Of a DNA stretch of 64,000 bases, positions 1 to 8,787 are shown piece after piece. The translations under genes were made by a program, and so were the position numbers. The notes under the pieces are model-generated. The model made no database searches. It was not told the origin of the DNA and was given only the letters and a program-made list of their open reading frames with translations. Origin of the DNA: an uncultured Candidatus Saccharibacteria bacterium (lineage in GTDB: Bacteria; Patescibacteriota; Saccharimonadia; CAILAD01; BJGX01); the NCBI GenBank assembly GCA_964552475.1, contig CAZKFZ010000005.1, forward strand, positions 6,224 to 70,223, in the 5' to 3' direction. How positions within the stretch are numbered: position 1 is the first letter of the stretch; every line of letters starts with the position of its first letter.

Positions 1-34
1 AAAAAACCAACTCCATATGGGGTTGGTTTTTTAG
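1..34. terminator. Hairpin (aaccaac-tcc / ggg-gttggtt) flanked by an A-run and a T-run; intrinsic terminator downstream of rplA
   Basis: Sequence 1-34 aaaaaaccaactccatatggggttggtttttt forms a perfect 7-bp stem plus a GC extension, with poly-A/T flanks. It sits just 3' of the rplA stop on the minus strand. Confidence 0.5.
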
Positions 35-51
35 TGATTTATAGAAAGTGT

Positions 52-981
52 TTATTTTTTATATGCTTTAAAAGCCACTTCGGGGTCGAGTTTAATGCTT
101 GGGCTCATAGATGAAGTCACATAAATACTTTTTATATATGTACCTTTCACCCCACTGGGCTTGTTGGCTTTAATAGCACCTAAAATTGCCTGTAAATTAT
201 TTTCTAGGTCGGTCGTTTTAAAGCTTAGTTTACCAAATGGAACATGAACAATACCAGATGAGTCGTTTTTTATCTCGGCTCTGCCTTTCTTAATTTCTTC
301 TACTATAGCAGCAGGGTTATTGGTAACTGTACCACTTTTGGGCGACGGCATAAGCCCTTTTGGTCCTAAAACTTTGGCGTGACGACCAAGGTCGGCCATC
401 TTTTCTGGTGTAGCAATGAGAACATCAAAATCAAGTTTGCCTTTGCCGATTGCTGTCAATATATCTTGAGTATTGGTTAGATCAGCACCAGATTTTTTTG
501 CAGCTGCAGAATCTTTATCATTGGCAATTACAGCAATTTTAACAATCTTACCACTACCGGCTGGTAGACTAGCGCTTGTTCTTAGATTTTGATCTGCTTG
601 TTTGGTATCTAAGCTGAGTGCGACATGCACCTCAGCTGTAGCATCAAACTTAGTTTTAGATAGTTTGGGTAGTAACACTAAAGCTTCTTTAATCTCATAT
701 AGCTTAGTAGGCTCCACAAGTGCTCGGGCAGCTTTTTGATTCTTAGAATATTTAATAACTCGAGGTTTTTGGACTACTTTTGGTTTTGCTTCAGCTTCAG
801 TTTCTTTACTAGATTTTTTACGTTCTTGTTTTTGTGCTTTTGCTTCAGCTTCAGCAATTGCTTTTTTACTATGCTTGCCGGCCTTTGCTGTTGCGGGTGT
901 AGAACTCTCTTTACTCGATTCTTGTCTAAGAGCTTCTGCTAGAACTTCTTCTTGTTTTCTATTTGCTTTTTTATCGGCCAT
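52..981 (-). CDS. rplA: 50S ribosomal protein L1 with ~80-aa Lys/Glu/Ala-rich N-terminal extension
   Basis: The C-terminal 230 aa align in my memory to L1 (GPKGLMPSPKSGTVT, IKSIYVTSSMSPSIK). An AGGAGAG RBS lies immediately upstream of ATG 981, which supports the extended start. Confidence 0.9.
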   Translation of the reverse strand: MADKKANRKQEEVLAEALRQESSKESSTPATAKAGKHSKKAIAEAEAKAQKQERKKSSKETEAEAKPKVVQKPRVIKYSKNQKAARALVEPTKLYEIKEALVLLPKLSKTKFDATAEVHVALSLDTKQADQNLRTSASLPAGSGKIVKIAVIANDKDSAAAKKSGADLTNTQDILTAIGKGKLDFDVLIATPEKMADLGRHAKVLGPKGLMPSPKSGTVTNNPAAIVEEIKKGRAEIKNDSSGIVHVPFGKLSFKTTDLENNLQAILGAIKANKPSGVKGTYIKSIYVTSSMSPSIKLDPEVAFKAYKK

Positions 982-1063
982 AATTCTCTCCTATGTGGTA
1001 CAAGCGACTCGCGTCTCCCACTTATTAATTTTATTTGTTATCTTAACTATGAACGTATAAAAA

Positions 1064-1492
1064 CTACTCTACTTCAATCCCCATACTACGTGCCGTACCC
1101 GCCACAACTTTTTTAGCTGCTTCAACATCGTTAGCATTAAGATCGTTCATTTTTTCTTCAGCTATCTGGGAAAGTTGGGCCTGGGATAGTTTACCTACCT
1201 TGTCTTTATTGGGTACACCAGAGGCTTTTTTGAGTTTTAGTGCTTCTTTAATAAGGGTGGTGGTAGGAGTACCCTTGATAGTGAAGGTCATGCTTTTATC
1301 TTCATAGATTGTAACTAAGACTGGGGTTGGTTTGCCTTTTCGGTCGTTAGTTTGTTCGTTGAATGGGTTGATAAAATCCATCATATTAACCCCGTGTTGA
1401 CCTAGTGATGACCCAACTGGAGGAGCTGGAGTTGCACCACCTCCTGGTATTACCATTTTCACTTTTGCACTAATTTTTTTTGTTGCTGCCAT
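1064..1492 (-). CDS. rplK: 50S ribosomal protein L11
   Basis: Motifs MVIPGGGATPAPPVG and VTIYEDKSMTFTIKGTPTTTLIKEALKLKKASG are typical of L11. It sits at the conserved position before rplA. Confidence 0.93.
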   Translation of the reverse strand: MAATKKISAKVKMVIPGGGATPAPPVGSSLGQHGVNMMDFINPFNEQTNDRKGKPTPVLVTIYEDKSMTFTIKGTPTTTLIKEALKLKKASGVPNKDKVGKLSQAQLSQIAEEKMNDLNANDVEAAKKVVAGTARSMGIEVE

Positions 1493-1521
1493 AATAAATA
1501 CTCTTTTCGTTATCTAATAAT

Positions 1522-2061
1522 TTAAGTTTTCTTAACTTGTAAGCTGTCTAGCTCAACCGGCGTTTCGCGACCAAACATACTGACCAACACCTTAATCTTA
1601 CCTTTTTGCTCATCTATTTCGCTTACTGTGGCATCAAAGCCTTTAAAAGGACCGTCTGTAATAGCAACTAATTCACCGAGACTAAAGTCAATGTTGTATT
1701 TTGGCTCTTCTACACCCATACGTTTTTGAATAGCTTTAACCTCAGATTCATCAAGTGGTGATGGTGTGGTGCTAGTTCCAACAAAACCGGTTACGTTGGG
1801 TGTGTTTCTCACCACAAACCAACTGTCTTCGGTAACTATCATTTGTACCATTATATAGCCAGGGAAGATCTTTCGCTCTACTACTTTGCGCCGACCATTT
1901 TTTATTTCTATCTGATTTTCTTTAGGTACAATTACGTCAAAGATCTTGTCTTTCATTTCTAGTGATTCAATTCTTTGTCGTAGTTGGTCTGCCACTTGGT
2001 CTTCATATCCCGAATAGGTATGAATGACGTACCAAGCTTTTGTGCTGTCTTGTTGCTTCAT
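1522..2061 (-). CDS. nusG: Transcription antiterminator NusG
   Basis: WYVIHTYSGYE NGN motif and a C-terminal KOW motif (GELVAITDGPFKGFDATV); conserved secE-nusG-rplK synteny. Confidence 0.9.
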   Translation of the reverse strand: MKQQDSTKAWYVIHTYSGYEDQVADQLRQRIESLEMKDKIFDVIVPKENQIEIKNGRRKVVERKIFPGYIMVQMIVTEDSWFVVRNTPNVTGFVGTSTTPSPLDESEVKAIQKRMGVEEPKYNIDFSLGELVAITDGPFKGFDATVSEIDEQKGKIKVLVSMFGRETPVELDSLQVKKT

Positions 2062-2077
2062 TGAGCTTTTCCTTAAT

Positions 2078-2266
2078 TTAAGATTTAAAAATTAGTTTTT
2101 GCAATATAGTCTGAAAACCATAACCCAAAATTGTGAGGTAAATACCTACTGCTAAAGCACCAATAATAACGGTTGCTGTTAAAACTAAAGCTGTTTTGCG
2201 ACTTGGCCAAATAACTTTCTTGAGTTCTGCATAAGATGCAGAAAAATAGCTGGTAACTTTGTTCAT
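2078..2266 (-). CDS. secE: Preprotein translocase subunit SecE
   Basis: 62 aa with a single C-terminal TM; VIWPSRKTALVLTATVIIGALAVGIY is a SecE-like motif. Located upstream of nusG. Confidence 0.85.
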   Translation of the reverse strand: MNKVTSYFSASYAELKKVIWPSRKTALVLTATVIIGALAVGIYLTILGYGFQTILQKLIFKS

Positions 2267-2452
2267 CTATGAAATTATCTCACTTTAAGGTGGTATATTG
2301 GTTTATTCTAATGCCTTACACACTTTAGAATATCTCGTAATCTAAAAAAGCCCGAGGGCGGCTAACTGGTAACATTATACCTTTTTTAAATTACTTTTGT
2401 CAACACCTGGGTGTATCTGGTAATTTAATTATATTAAAATAGTAATTATTAC

Positions 2453-3934
2453 TTACTCTTTAACTGGTAGAGTAAAATTAATTTGGCTTGGTACTTCGGC
2501 ATGAAAATTTGCCAACACACCTTTAATTTGACCAGACTGCCAAATAACTATTATTGAATAAAGACCCACCATAAATCCGGCAAAGCCAATAGCTACAAAT
2601 AAAGGCCAAAGACTAGCGGGTTTCTCGCGTTCCATATAGAGTAGCTCTTGGTTGTTAGTGGCCTTTGAGGCGACAAAATAGTACTGTCTAGCCCAGGTAT
2701 TTTGTTGGTAATATTGCATGGTTGTTAGTATTACTACAGTAAGAATGGCAACAACAATTAACACCAATATAGTAGGGCTATTAACATGAGTAATAAAAAA
2801 ATCAGTAATTTGCCAATCTATAAATAAAATTGTACTGTAACCCAAGAAAATACCACTAATAGCTAAGAGACCAGTGGTAAAATTTCTTAAAGGACTTAGT
2901 TGTAGTAGCTTAAGACTCTGTAGTTGCAGATGACTAGTTTTACTACTACGCGCTAAAAGTCCAACCTGTAGCCAGTGCTTACTATAAAGCAAAACCAGAA
3001 CCACCAACCATATTACGGCTAAAAACACTATCAACTGGTATTTACTTGTAATTACCCAATGATTTTCCGAGTTAAATATTGTTATAGCAACCCACATAGT
3101 AAAAGCAGTGACTAAACAAATAATAACCAAGTGCAAAAGGTAGTTAATAGCTTGTCGTAGCATAGAATGAACTGCCGAGCGTAAAGCTGTGGTAAGTTGT
3201 AGAGTTCGATTATCTATCTGCCTAAGTCTTATTGCTATGCCAGCGTTTGATATTATTGATCGAAATATCACACCAATAAAGAATAGTGCTAGGGCCACTC
3301 CCGTAGACCACGCAAGAGCTGAAAAGTGGTCTGGACTAACCACGCCCTTAGCTTTTTGCAATACTTCATTTGTTGTAAAATTCTGTAATATCCTTAGTTG
3401 TAAAAGTATTACCGGCAAGCTAAGTAGAAGCCAGGTCTGCGGACTTACAATAGTTCTTATCAGACTCATTTGCCATAAACTAAATAGTGGCGAGGGCCAT
3501 ATTGACTTTATCAAAACAAACTCTAAATAATCTTGCGATAGAGACGATTTTGAGGTCTTTTTAACAGGAGTATTAGTAATTGATTTGGTGGTCGGAGCTA
3601 TTAGTGATTTTTTAATGCGCTTAGTGTGAACTTTTATTTTTTTCTTTAACTTTTCTTTCGTTGTCTTAAGTTTCTCTAATTTAGTGTACTCACTATCCTC
3701 ATAAAATTCCCGTTCGTTTTGAAGACTGGTAAGCGAAAGTTGGGTCTGTCTCTTACTTATGGCAGATTGCGATGGGCTTACAATGTTTTCTGGGGTGCGA
3801 AGGTCTAGCACCTCGGGATGTTTTTGTTTTGGCGATAACTGTGAATTACTTCTTGAACGACCAACAACTTCGCCAGTGTTGGAGTCATAAGCAATACCAT
3901 CAATAATTATGTGTTTCGGTGGGGGTTTTTTCAT
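2453..3934 (-). CDS. Polytopic membrane protein of unknown function (about 10 predicted TM helices, ~190-aa Lys/Ser-rich cytoplasmic N-terminus); last gene of the crtI-crtE-crtB minus-strand operon
   Basis: Long ORF with many hydrophobic segments; 44 nt downstream of crtB on the same strand. I recognise no motif. Confidence 0.55.
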   Translation of the reverse strand: MKKPPPKHIIIDGIAYDSNTGEVVGRSRSNSQLSPKQKHPEVLDLRTPENIVSPSQSAISKRQTQLSLTSLQNEREFYEDSEYTKLEKLKTTKEKLKKKIKVHTKRIKKSLIAPTTKSITNTPVKKTSKSSLSQDYLEFVLIKSIWPSPLFSLWQMSLIRTIVSPQTWLLLSLPVILLQLRILQNFTTNEVLQKAKGVVSPDHFSALAWSTGVALALFFIGVIFRSIISNAGIAIRLRQIDNRTLQLTTALRSAVHSMLRQAINYLLHLVIICLVTAFTMWVAITIFNSENHWVITSKYQLIVFLAVIWLVVLVLLYSKHWLQVGLLARSSKTSHLQLQSLKLLQLSPLRNFTTGLLAISGIFLGYSTILFIDWQITDFFITHVNSPTILVLIVVAILTVVILTTMQYYQQNTWARQYYFVASKATNNQELLYMEREKPASLWPLFVAIGFAGFMVGLYSIIVIWQSGQIKGVLANFHAEVPSQINFTLPVKE

Positions 3935-3978
3935 TGTACTAAAAAAGCATTTTATCTATTAATAGTATAGCCGAATTT

Positions 3979-4815
3979 CTATATATGAAGTAGTTTTTCA
4001 ACAAACACCACAAAATAAAGTAGTAACTTAGTGATATTAGTAACCCTTACTCGTTTCTCTCTTAATTCCTGAACACTAGTTTTTTGTATTTTCCTAAGTA
4101 GTAAACGATAGTACCAATAAGCCAGTAGAACTCCATATTTAGACGAATATGGGAGTTGGCTGATAGTGGACCTAGCAATCTTGAAATCATTGAGTATTTC
4201 TTGCTCAATTTGCTTTTTTTTATCATTTTGAAAATTATCTATATCGATATTCGGAAAGTAAACCCTACCCAATGCTTGGTTATCTTCATTTAGATCGCGT
4301 AAAAAGTTCACTTTTTGAAAAGCCGAACCCAAAGCTTTTGCACCATAGATAAGTTTTTTATATTTGGTCTTGCTACCCCCAAGAAAAACCATTAAACACA
4401 TCAGGCCAACAACTTCGGCAGAGCCATATATATAATCTTTATATTGTTTTTTTGTGTAAGAGTTTTTAGATATATCCATAGCCATACTACCTATGAAGGC
4501 CTGGATCAAACTAGAGTCTATTTGATATTTAATAACTGTTTGAGCGAAGGCGTGAATAACTGGATTTAAGCTAACACTCGACTTTACAGCCTGCGATGTC
4601 TCGGTGTTGAAATCTTTTAGCATGCGTAAACTATCTTTTGGCCGCAACGTATCCACTAACTCATCGGCAACCCTAACATAGCCGTATATGTTGTATATAT
4701 CTGTTCTTATAGGCTTGTCTAGCAACCTAATGGCCGCTGAAAATGATGTAGAATATTGCTTAGTGATAAAAGAGTTAATTACTTGCGAAACCTCGGTGTA
4801 TTGGTTTGGACTCAT
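3979..4815 (-). CDS. crtB: Phytoene synthase (squalene/phytoene synthase family)
   Basis: YSTSFSAAIRLL, YGYVRVADELVDT and YGSAEVVGLM correspond to conserved phytoene synthase motifs. Clustered with crtI and GGPP synthase. Confidence 0.85.
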   Translation of the reverse strand: MSPNQYTEVSQVINSFITKQYSTSFSAAIRLLDKPIRTDIYNIYGYVRVADELVDTLRPKDSLRMLKDFNTETSQAVKSSVSLNPVIHAFAQTVIKYQIDSSLIQAFIGSMAMDISKNSYTKKQYKDYIYGSAEVVGLMCLMVFLGGSKTKYKKLIYGAKALGSAFQKVNFLRDLNEDNQALGRVYFPNIDIDNFQNDKKKQIEQEILNDFKIARSTISQLPYSSKYGVLLAYWYYRLLLRKIQKTSVQELREKRVRVTNITKLLLYFVVFVEKLLHI

Positions 4816-4818
4816 TAG

Positions 4819-5895
4819 CTAACTACTCCTGGATACGCAATATTGCGCGAATTCGGCTAATATATGGGTTCTATTACTAGAGTTGGGTATCTTATTTGTT
4901 ATTTCGATAGCTGCATCCGCTAAATCTTGAGCCAACAATACAGTCTTCTGCCTGGCTCCAGATTCAATCAGTATATCTTGTACTTTTTTAACATCATTAG
5001 TGGTTAATTTAGGATTGTTAATGCAACTTTTCAAAAAATCTCTTTGAGATCCTTTTGTTAATTCAATACCATTATGTATAAGCACTGTTTGTTTTCCTTC
5101 TTTTATATCACTTCCTACAGGTTTACCAGTAAGCTTTGAGCTACCAAAGACTCCTAGATCATCATCGCTTAGTTGAAAAGCCACACCGGCATTGTTGCCA
5201 AAATTCGCGAATTGGGTATGCAATGTCGCTGGTCCATCTGCAAGTATCGCACCAAACTGTAAAGGCATTATTACTGTATAGTCTGCCGTTTTATATTGGT
5301 TTATCTTTTTAATATCACTTATAGTTAGGGATTTACTAACCGAACCAATTAGGTCAAGATGCTGACCAGCCGCTACGTCAAATGTTGCAGTGTTTAGCCT
5401 TGATATTGCCACTACTAATTGTTGAGGTTTCATACCCGACGCAATCAAAGATTCATAGCTTAAACCACAACAAATATCGCCTGCCAACATCGCTATAGAG
5501 TTCGCCACATGTTGAGCATCTATACTATTAAGTGTTTGGGAATACCTTTTTTTATAAACCCCAGTAACATTTAGCCCTCCGTGGCGCTTGTCGTCGTGAT
5601 CCATAATATCGTCATGCATAAGTAAATAATTGTGAAATATTTCTAATGATATTGCAGCTTTTAACATTTTATTTCTGTCGTTACCACCGGCAATTTCATA
5701 CCCCAACATTGCCAAGCATGGACGTAGTCGTTTGCCAGCACGCAAAGTTTGCTTTGCAATAACCTTAAGCAACTTTTGGTATTCGCCACCAATTTTAGAT
5801 GCATCAATAATTTTTTGATTCAAAAAATCGCTCAACAGAGCATCAATTTCTAGCTTCACCTTCGCAGCATATGATTTGAGATTTGTTTCAGTCAT
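4819..5895 (-). CDS. crtE: Polyprenyl (geranylgeranyl) diphosphate synthase
   Basis: First Asp-rich motif LLMHDDIMDHDDKRHG and second Asp-rich motif FQLSDDDLG are present. Sits between crtI and crtB with 3-nt gaps. Confidence 0.85.
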   Translation of the reverse strand: MTETNLKSYAAKVKLEIDALLSDFLNQKIIDASKIGGEYQKLLKVIAKQTLRAGKRLRPCLAMLGYEIAGGNDRNKMLKAAISLEIFHNYLLMHDDIMDHDDKRHGGLNVTGVYKKRYSQTLNSIDAQHVANSIAMLAGDICCGLSYESLIASGMKPQQLVVAISRLNTATFDVAAGQHLDLIGSVSKSLTISDIKKINQYKTADYTVIMPLQFGAILADGPATLHTQFANFGNNAGVAFQLSDDDLGVFGSSKLTGKPVGSDIKEGKQTVLIHNGIELTKGSQRDFLKSCINNPKLTTNDVKKVQDILIESGARQKTVLLAQDLADAAIEITNKIPNSSNRTHILAEFAQYCVSRSS

Positions 5896-5898
5896 AGG

Positions 5899-7404
5899 TT
5901 AATTTACTCCATTATCCTCGAGAATTCGCTCAACTACAAGTTTTGCAGATAATGTTACCATGGGAATACCGCCACCTGGATAAGTGCTGGCACCTACAAA
6001 GTATAGACCTTTTACGCTACGTTCAATATTGTGAGGCCTGAAATAACCAGACTGGAATAAGTGATGAGTTAGACCAAAAGCTGAGCCGGCAGTTAGGTTA
6101 AATTTAGTTTCAAAATCTTGGGGCGAAAATATCTTCTCTGTTTCAATATTTTTTTCTATGTCTTGGCCAAACTCACTATTTAGTCGCTTTATGACTTGGG
6201 TACGAATTTTTCCAATACCTTTGTCCCAGTTGTTTTCTCCTTGCAAGTTTGGAACAGGCACAAGTATATACATAACACTTCTGTTTTTTGGAGCAAGAGC
6301 AGGGTCGGTTTTGGTAGGAATGTAGGTGTAAAACGACGGATCACTAGGTAGTTTTTTGTTTTTTAATATTTCTTCGAGGTTGTTTTTAAAATCACTACAT
6401 AAATAAACGTTATGGTGCAACATACCGTCAAGCTGGTTATTAACGCCCCAATAGAATAAGAGCGCCGAACTGGCTTGTTTGAGATCTTCAGCTTTGCGAC
6501 CCAGGCTTTTTAGTTTTATAGGTGAGGATAGTAGATTTTTGTAAGCGTACACTAGGTCGGCATTGCAAACTACCAAATCCGCCTCTATAGCTTCTCCGCC
6601 CACAACAACCCCTTTGGCAATATTGTTTGTAATAGTAATTTGTGAGATAGGTGTATTGGTATATATTTTGCCACCCATACCTATTACGAGCTTCTCAAGC
6701 GCTTGACTTAAACTATACATACCACCTTTGGGGTACCAAATGCCGAGCCCAGTCTCCATATAGCTCAACACACTATAAACCGCCGGTGCCTCATATGGGC
6801 TCACGCCAAGATACATGCTCTGAAAACTAAATAGTTGGCGTAGTCTGTCGTCATTAAAATAACGACTCACAAACTTCCAAAGACTTATGAGCCCTCGTTT
6901 TTGTAGTAATTTAAGTCCAGAGCGAAAATTAATAAAATCTGTTAAACTGTCAAAGTTTTTATCTATAAAACCGCCGCGCGACAGCCTATATATCTCGGCC
7001 ACATCGGCAAAAAAACTATAAAATTGTTCAGGGGCCTTGGGGTCAAATTTGGCAAGCTCGCCTGTAAACTTTGGTAAGTTACTACTGACTGTAATACGTG
7101 ACCCATCGGCAAAGGCTACTTGATAATTGGGCTCGAGCTGAATAAGCTCAATATAGTCATTAAAGTCTTTACCACAATATGCAAAAGTGTCATAGAGTAC
7201 ATCGGTCATCATTAGTAGTGTTGGGCCGGTATCAAAAGTGTAGCCGTCTTGTTTTATTCGGTTGGCCCGCCCACCAACTAACGGCTCTTTCTCGTAAATA
7301 GATACTTGATAACCTTCTTTGAGTAGCCTGGCTGCCGTGCACATACCGCCTATGCCAGCACCTACTATTATTGCAGTTTTATTCTTTTTCATAGTGATTA
7401 TCAT
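5899..7404 (-). CDS. crtI: Phytoene desaturase, CrtI family FAD-dependent oxidoreductase
   Basis: N-terminal Rossmann motif AIIVGAGIGGMCTAARL...EKEPLVGGRA; ~500 aa; C-terminal GGGIPMV motif typical of CrtI. Confidence 0.85.
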   Translation of the reverse strand: MIITMKKNKTAIIVGAGIGGMCTAARLLKEGYQVSIYEKEPLVGGRANRIKQDGYTFDTGPTLLMMTDVLYDTFAYCGKDFNDYIELIQLEPNYQVAFADGSRITVSSNLPKFTGELAKFDPKAPEQFYSFFADVAEIYRLSRGGFIDKNFDSLTDFINFRSGLKLLQKRGLISLWKFVSRYFNDDRLRQLFSFQSMYLGVSPYEAPAVYSVLSYMETGLGIWYPKGGMYSLSQALEKLVIGMGGKIYTNTPISQITITNNIAKGVVVGGEAIEADLVVCNADLVYAYKNLLSSPIKLKSLGRKAEDLKQASSALLFYWGVNNQLDGMLHHNVYLCSDFKNNLEEILKNKKLPSDPSFYTYIPTKTDPALAPKNRSVMYILVPVPNLQGENNWDKGIGKIRTQVIKRLNSEFGQDIEKNIETEKIFSPQDFETKFNLTAGSAFGLTHHLFQSGYFRPHNIERSVKGLYFVGASTYPGGGIPMVTLSAKLVVERILEDNGVN

Positions 7405-7497
7405 ACCATATCAGCTCTATACTTATGGTAGACCTGTGTCTGGGTTGGGTGTACAATATTCACGTAAATTATTCGCACCCTTTGATTGGAGAGATTA

Positions 7498-8022
7498 ATG
7501 GAAACTTCAGTATCCGCTAGTGAGCTGATAGAAGAAGTGGAAGCACTGGTAATGAGTCATTGTAAAGCAGGTCAGACGAGAACTAAGCAGGGTCGAAAAG
7601 ATACCGTTGCCATTGCTAAGTTAATGTTAGAACAGACTGCCAAACCAGCTCGTCTGAGCAGGCAAGTACTATTCGGGCGATTAGATGATGTGCAAACTTT
7701 TTTGGGTTATTTGGTTTACTGGGCACCAGGGCTTGTTATATTCGAGCCGGCGCCTGAGTATATCGACTACTTTGGCATCGTCCGAGCTGAAAAAGTTGCA
7801 GGCAACACAATTGATGAAATACATATCGATAGCCTCTTTGATGAACCCGATCGAAGTCATAGCCACAAAATACTGATCAAATTCAGATATGATGGGTATG
7901 GTACTTATGCAGATATCTTCCCCACCATCGGAGGCGTCAATATGGGCGGCCATCGTATGTTTCCGCAGCACGCCTATACCATGCTTAACTGGCTAACAAT
8001 CATGCTTGGCCTCAATCTATAA
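7498..8022 (+). CDS. Hypothetical protein (~175 aa), first gene of the plus-strand carotenoid operon; locally higher GC (~47%) than its neighbours
   Basis: ORF with GGAGAG RBS 6 nt upstream of ATG 7498 (the ORF track starts at an upstream TTG at 7486). I recognise no motif and it has no Nudix box. Confidence 0.5.
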   Translation: METSVSASELIEEVEALVMSHCKAGQTRTKQGRKDTVAIAKLMLEQTAKPARLSRQVLFGRLDDVQTFLGYLVYWAPGLVIFEPAPEYIDYFGIVRAEKVAGNTIDEIHIDSLFDEPDRSHSHKILIKFRYDGYGTYADIFPTIGGVNMGGHRMFPQHAYTMLNWLTIMLGLNL

Positions 8023-8074
8023 CATATGCCCTCTCATATCATGAGAGGGTTTTTATTTGGAGTATAATAAAGAG

Positions 8075-8500
8075 ATGATTATGCGACTTATGTATACCCA
8101 CTACTTCTATGTTATTATTTTGATACTCAGTATTGGAGGTTTGCTTCTAGCCGACCGACGACTAAGACTGGCTTTTTGGCACAACAAAATTGCAAGTACA
8201 AAAGCAGTTGGCTATACCATGCTACTACTACTAATATTTGATGTTGCCGGGGTAATAAATAAAATATTCTCAACTAATCAAGATTATGTAGTGAGAATAA
8301 ATATTATTTCACCCAATATACCTATTGAAGAAATAATATTTTTGTTTATGCTATGCTATGTGACGCTGATTTTGTATCAATTAGTTGGAAGGCTAGAAGT
8401 ATTGAAACAAGTTGGGGCTAATAAGGGGCGAAAAAATGACAAGCTAGATCAGCCCCAAGCTACACTTAATGTGAGATCCAGGAAAAAAAATCATGACTAG
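8075..8500 (+). CDS. Lycopene cyclase domain protein, subunit 1 of a heterodimeric carotenoid cyclase (CrtYe/CrtYc-like)
   Basis: Small hydrophobic protein with the conserved hPhEE motif (NIPIEEIIFLF). The ORF track starts at 8057; ATG at 8075 is the more likely start. Adjacent to a second cyclase-domain gene and a UbiA elongase. Confidence 0.65.
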   Translation: MIMRLMYTHYFYVIILILSIGGLLLADRRLRLAFWHNKIASTKAVGYTMLLLLIFDVAGVINKIFSTNQDYVVRINIISPNIPIEEIIFLFMLCYVTLILYQLVGRLEVLKQVGANKGRKNDKLDQPQATLNVRSRKKNHD

Positions 8501-8786
8501 CTACTTAGTACTGGTAACTAGCTTGGTAGTAGTATCAGTCTTAATACTGGTGCGTTTGCGCATTACCCCACCAAAACCCAAAGTTTTGATGGTAGTAGGG
8601 CTAATTCTACTCATTGCTATGTTGGTATTTGACAACTACCTCACTACTCTGCCTATTGTGATGTATAATAATAGTTCTATATTAGGTTATAAAGTTGGCA
8701 ATATACCTATAGAAGATTTTGGCTACCTAGTTGCTGTAATACTACTGGTGCCCGCTTTGTTTGAATATTTTAAGAGCAATAAATAA
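8493..8786 (+). CDS. Lycopene cyclase domain protein, subunit 2 (CrtYf/CrtYd-like)
   Basis: 97 aa with 3 TM segments and motif NIPIEDFGYLV (the PxE(E/D) motif of lycopene cyclase domain proteins). Overlaps the upstream gene by 8 nt, which suggests translational coupling. Confidence 0.65.
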   Translation: MTSYLVLVTSLVVVSVLILVRLRITPPKPKVLMVVGLILLIAMLVFDNYLTTLPIVMYNNSSILGYKVGNIPIEDFGYLVAVILLVPALFEYFKSNK

Positions 8787-8787
8787 T

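Noticed and set aside
3189-3530. 113-aa plus-strand ORF inside the 2453-3934 gene
   Set aside because: It is antisense to a longer, better-supported ORF, with no RBS and no motif.
7486-7497. TTG start at 7486 for the first plus-strand crt-operon gene
   Set aside because: An ATG at 7498 has a GGAGAG RBS at the ideal distance, whereas the TTG has none.
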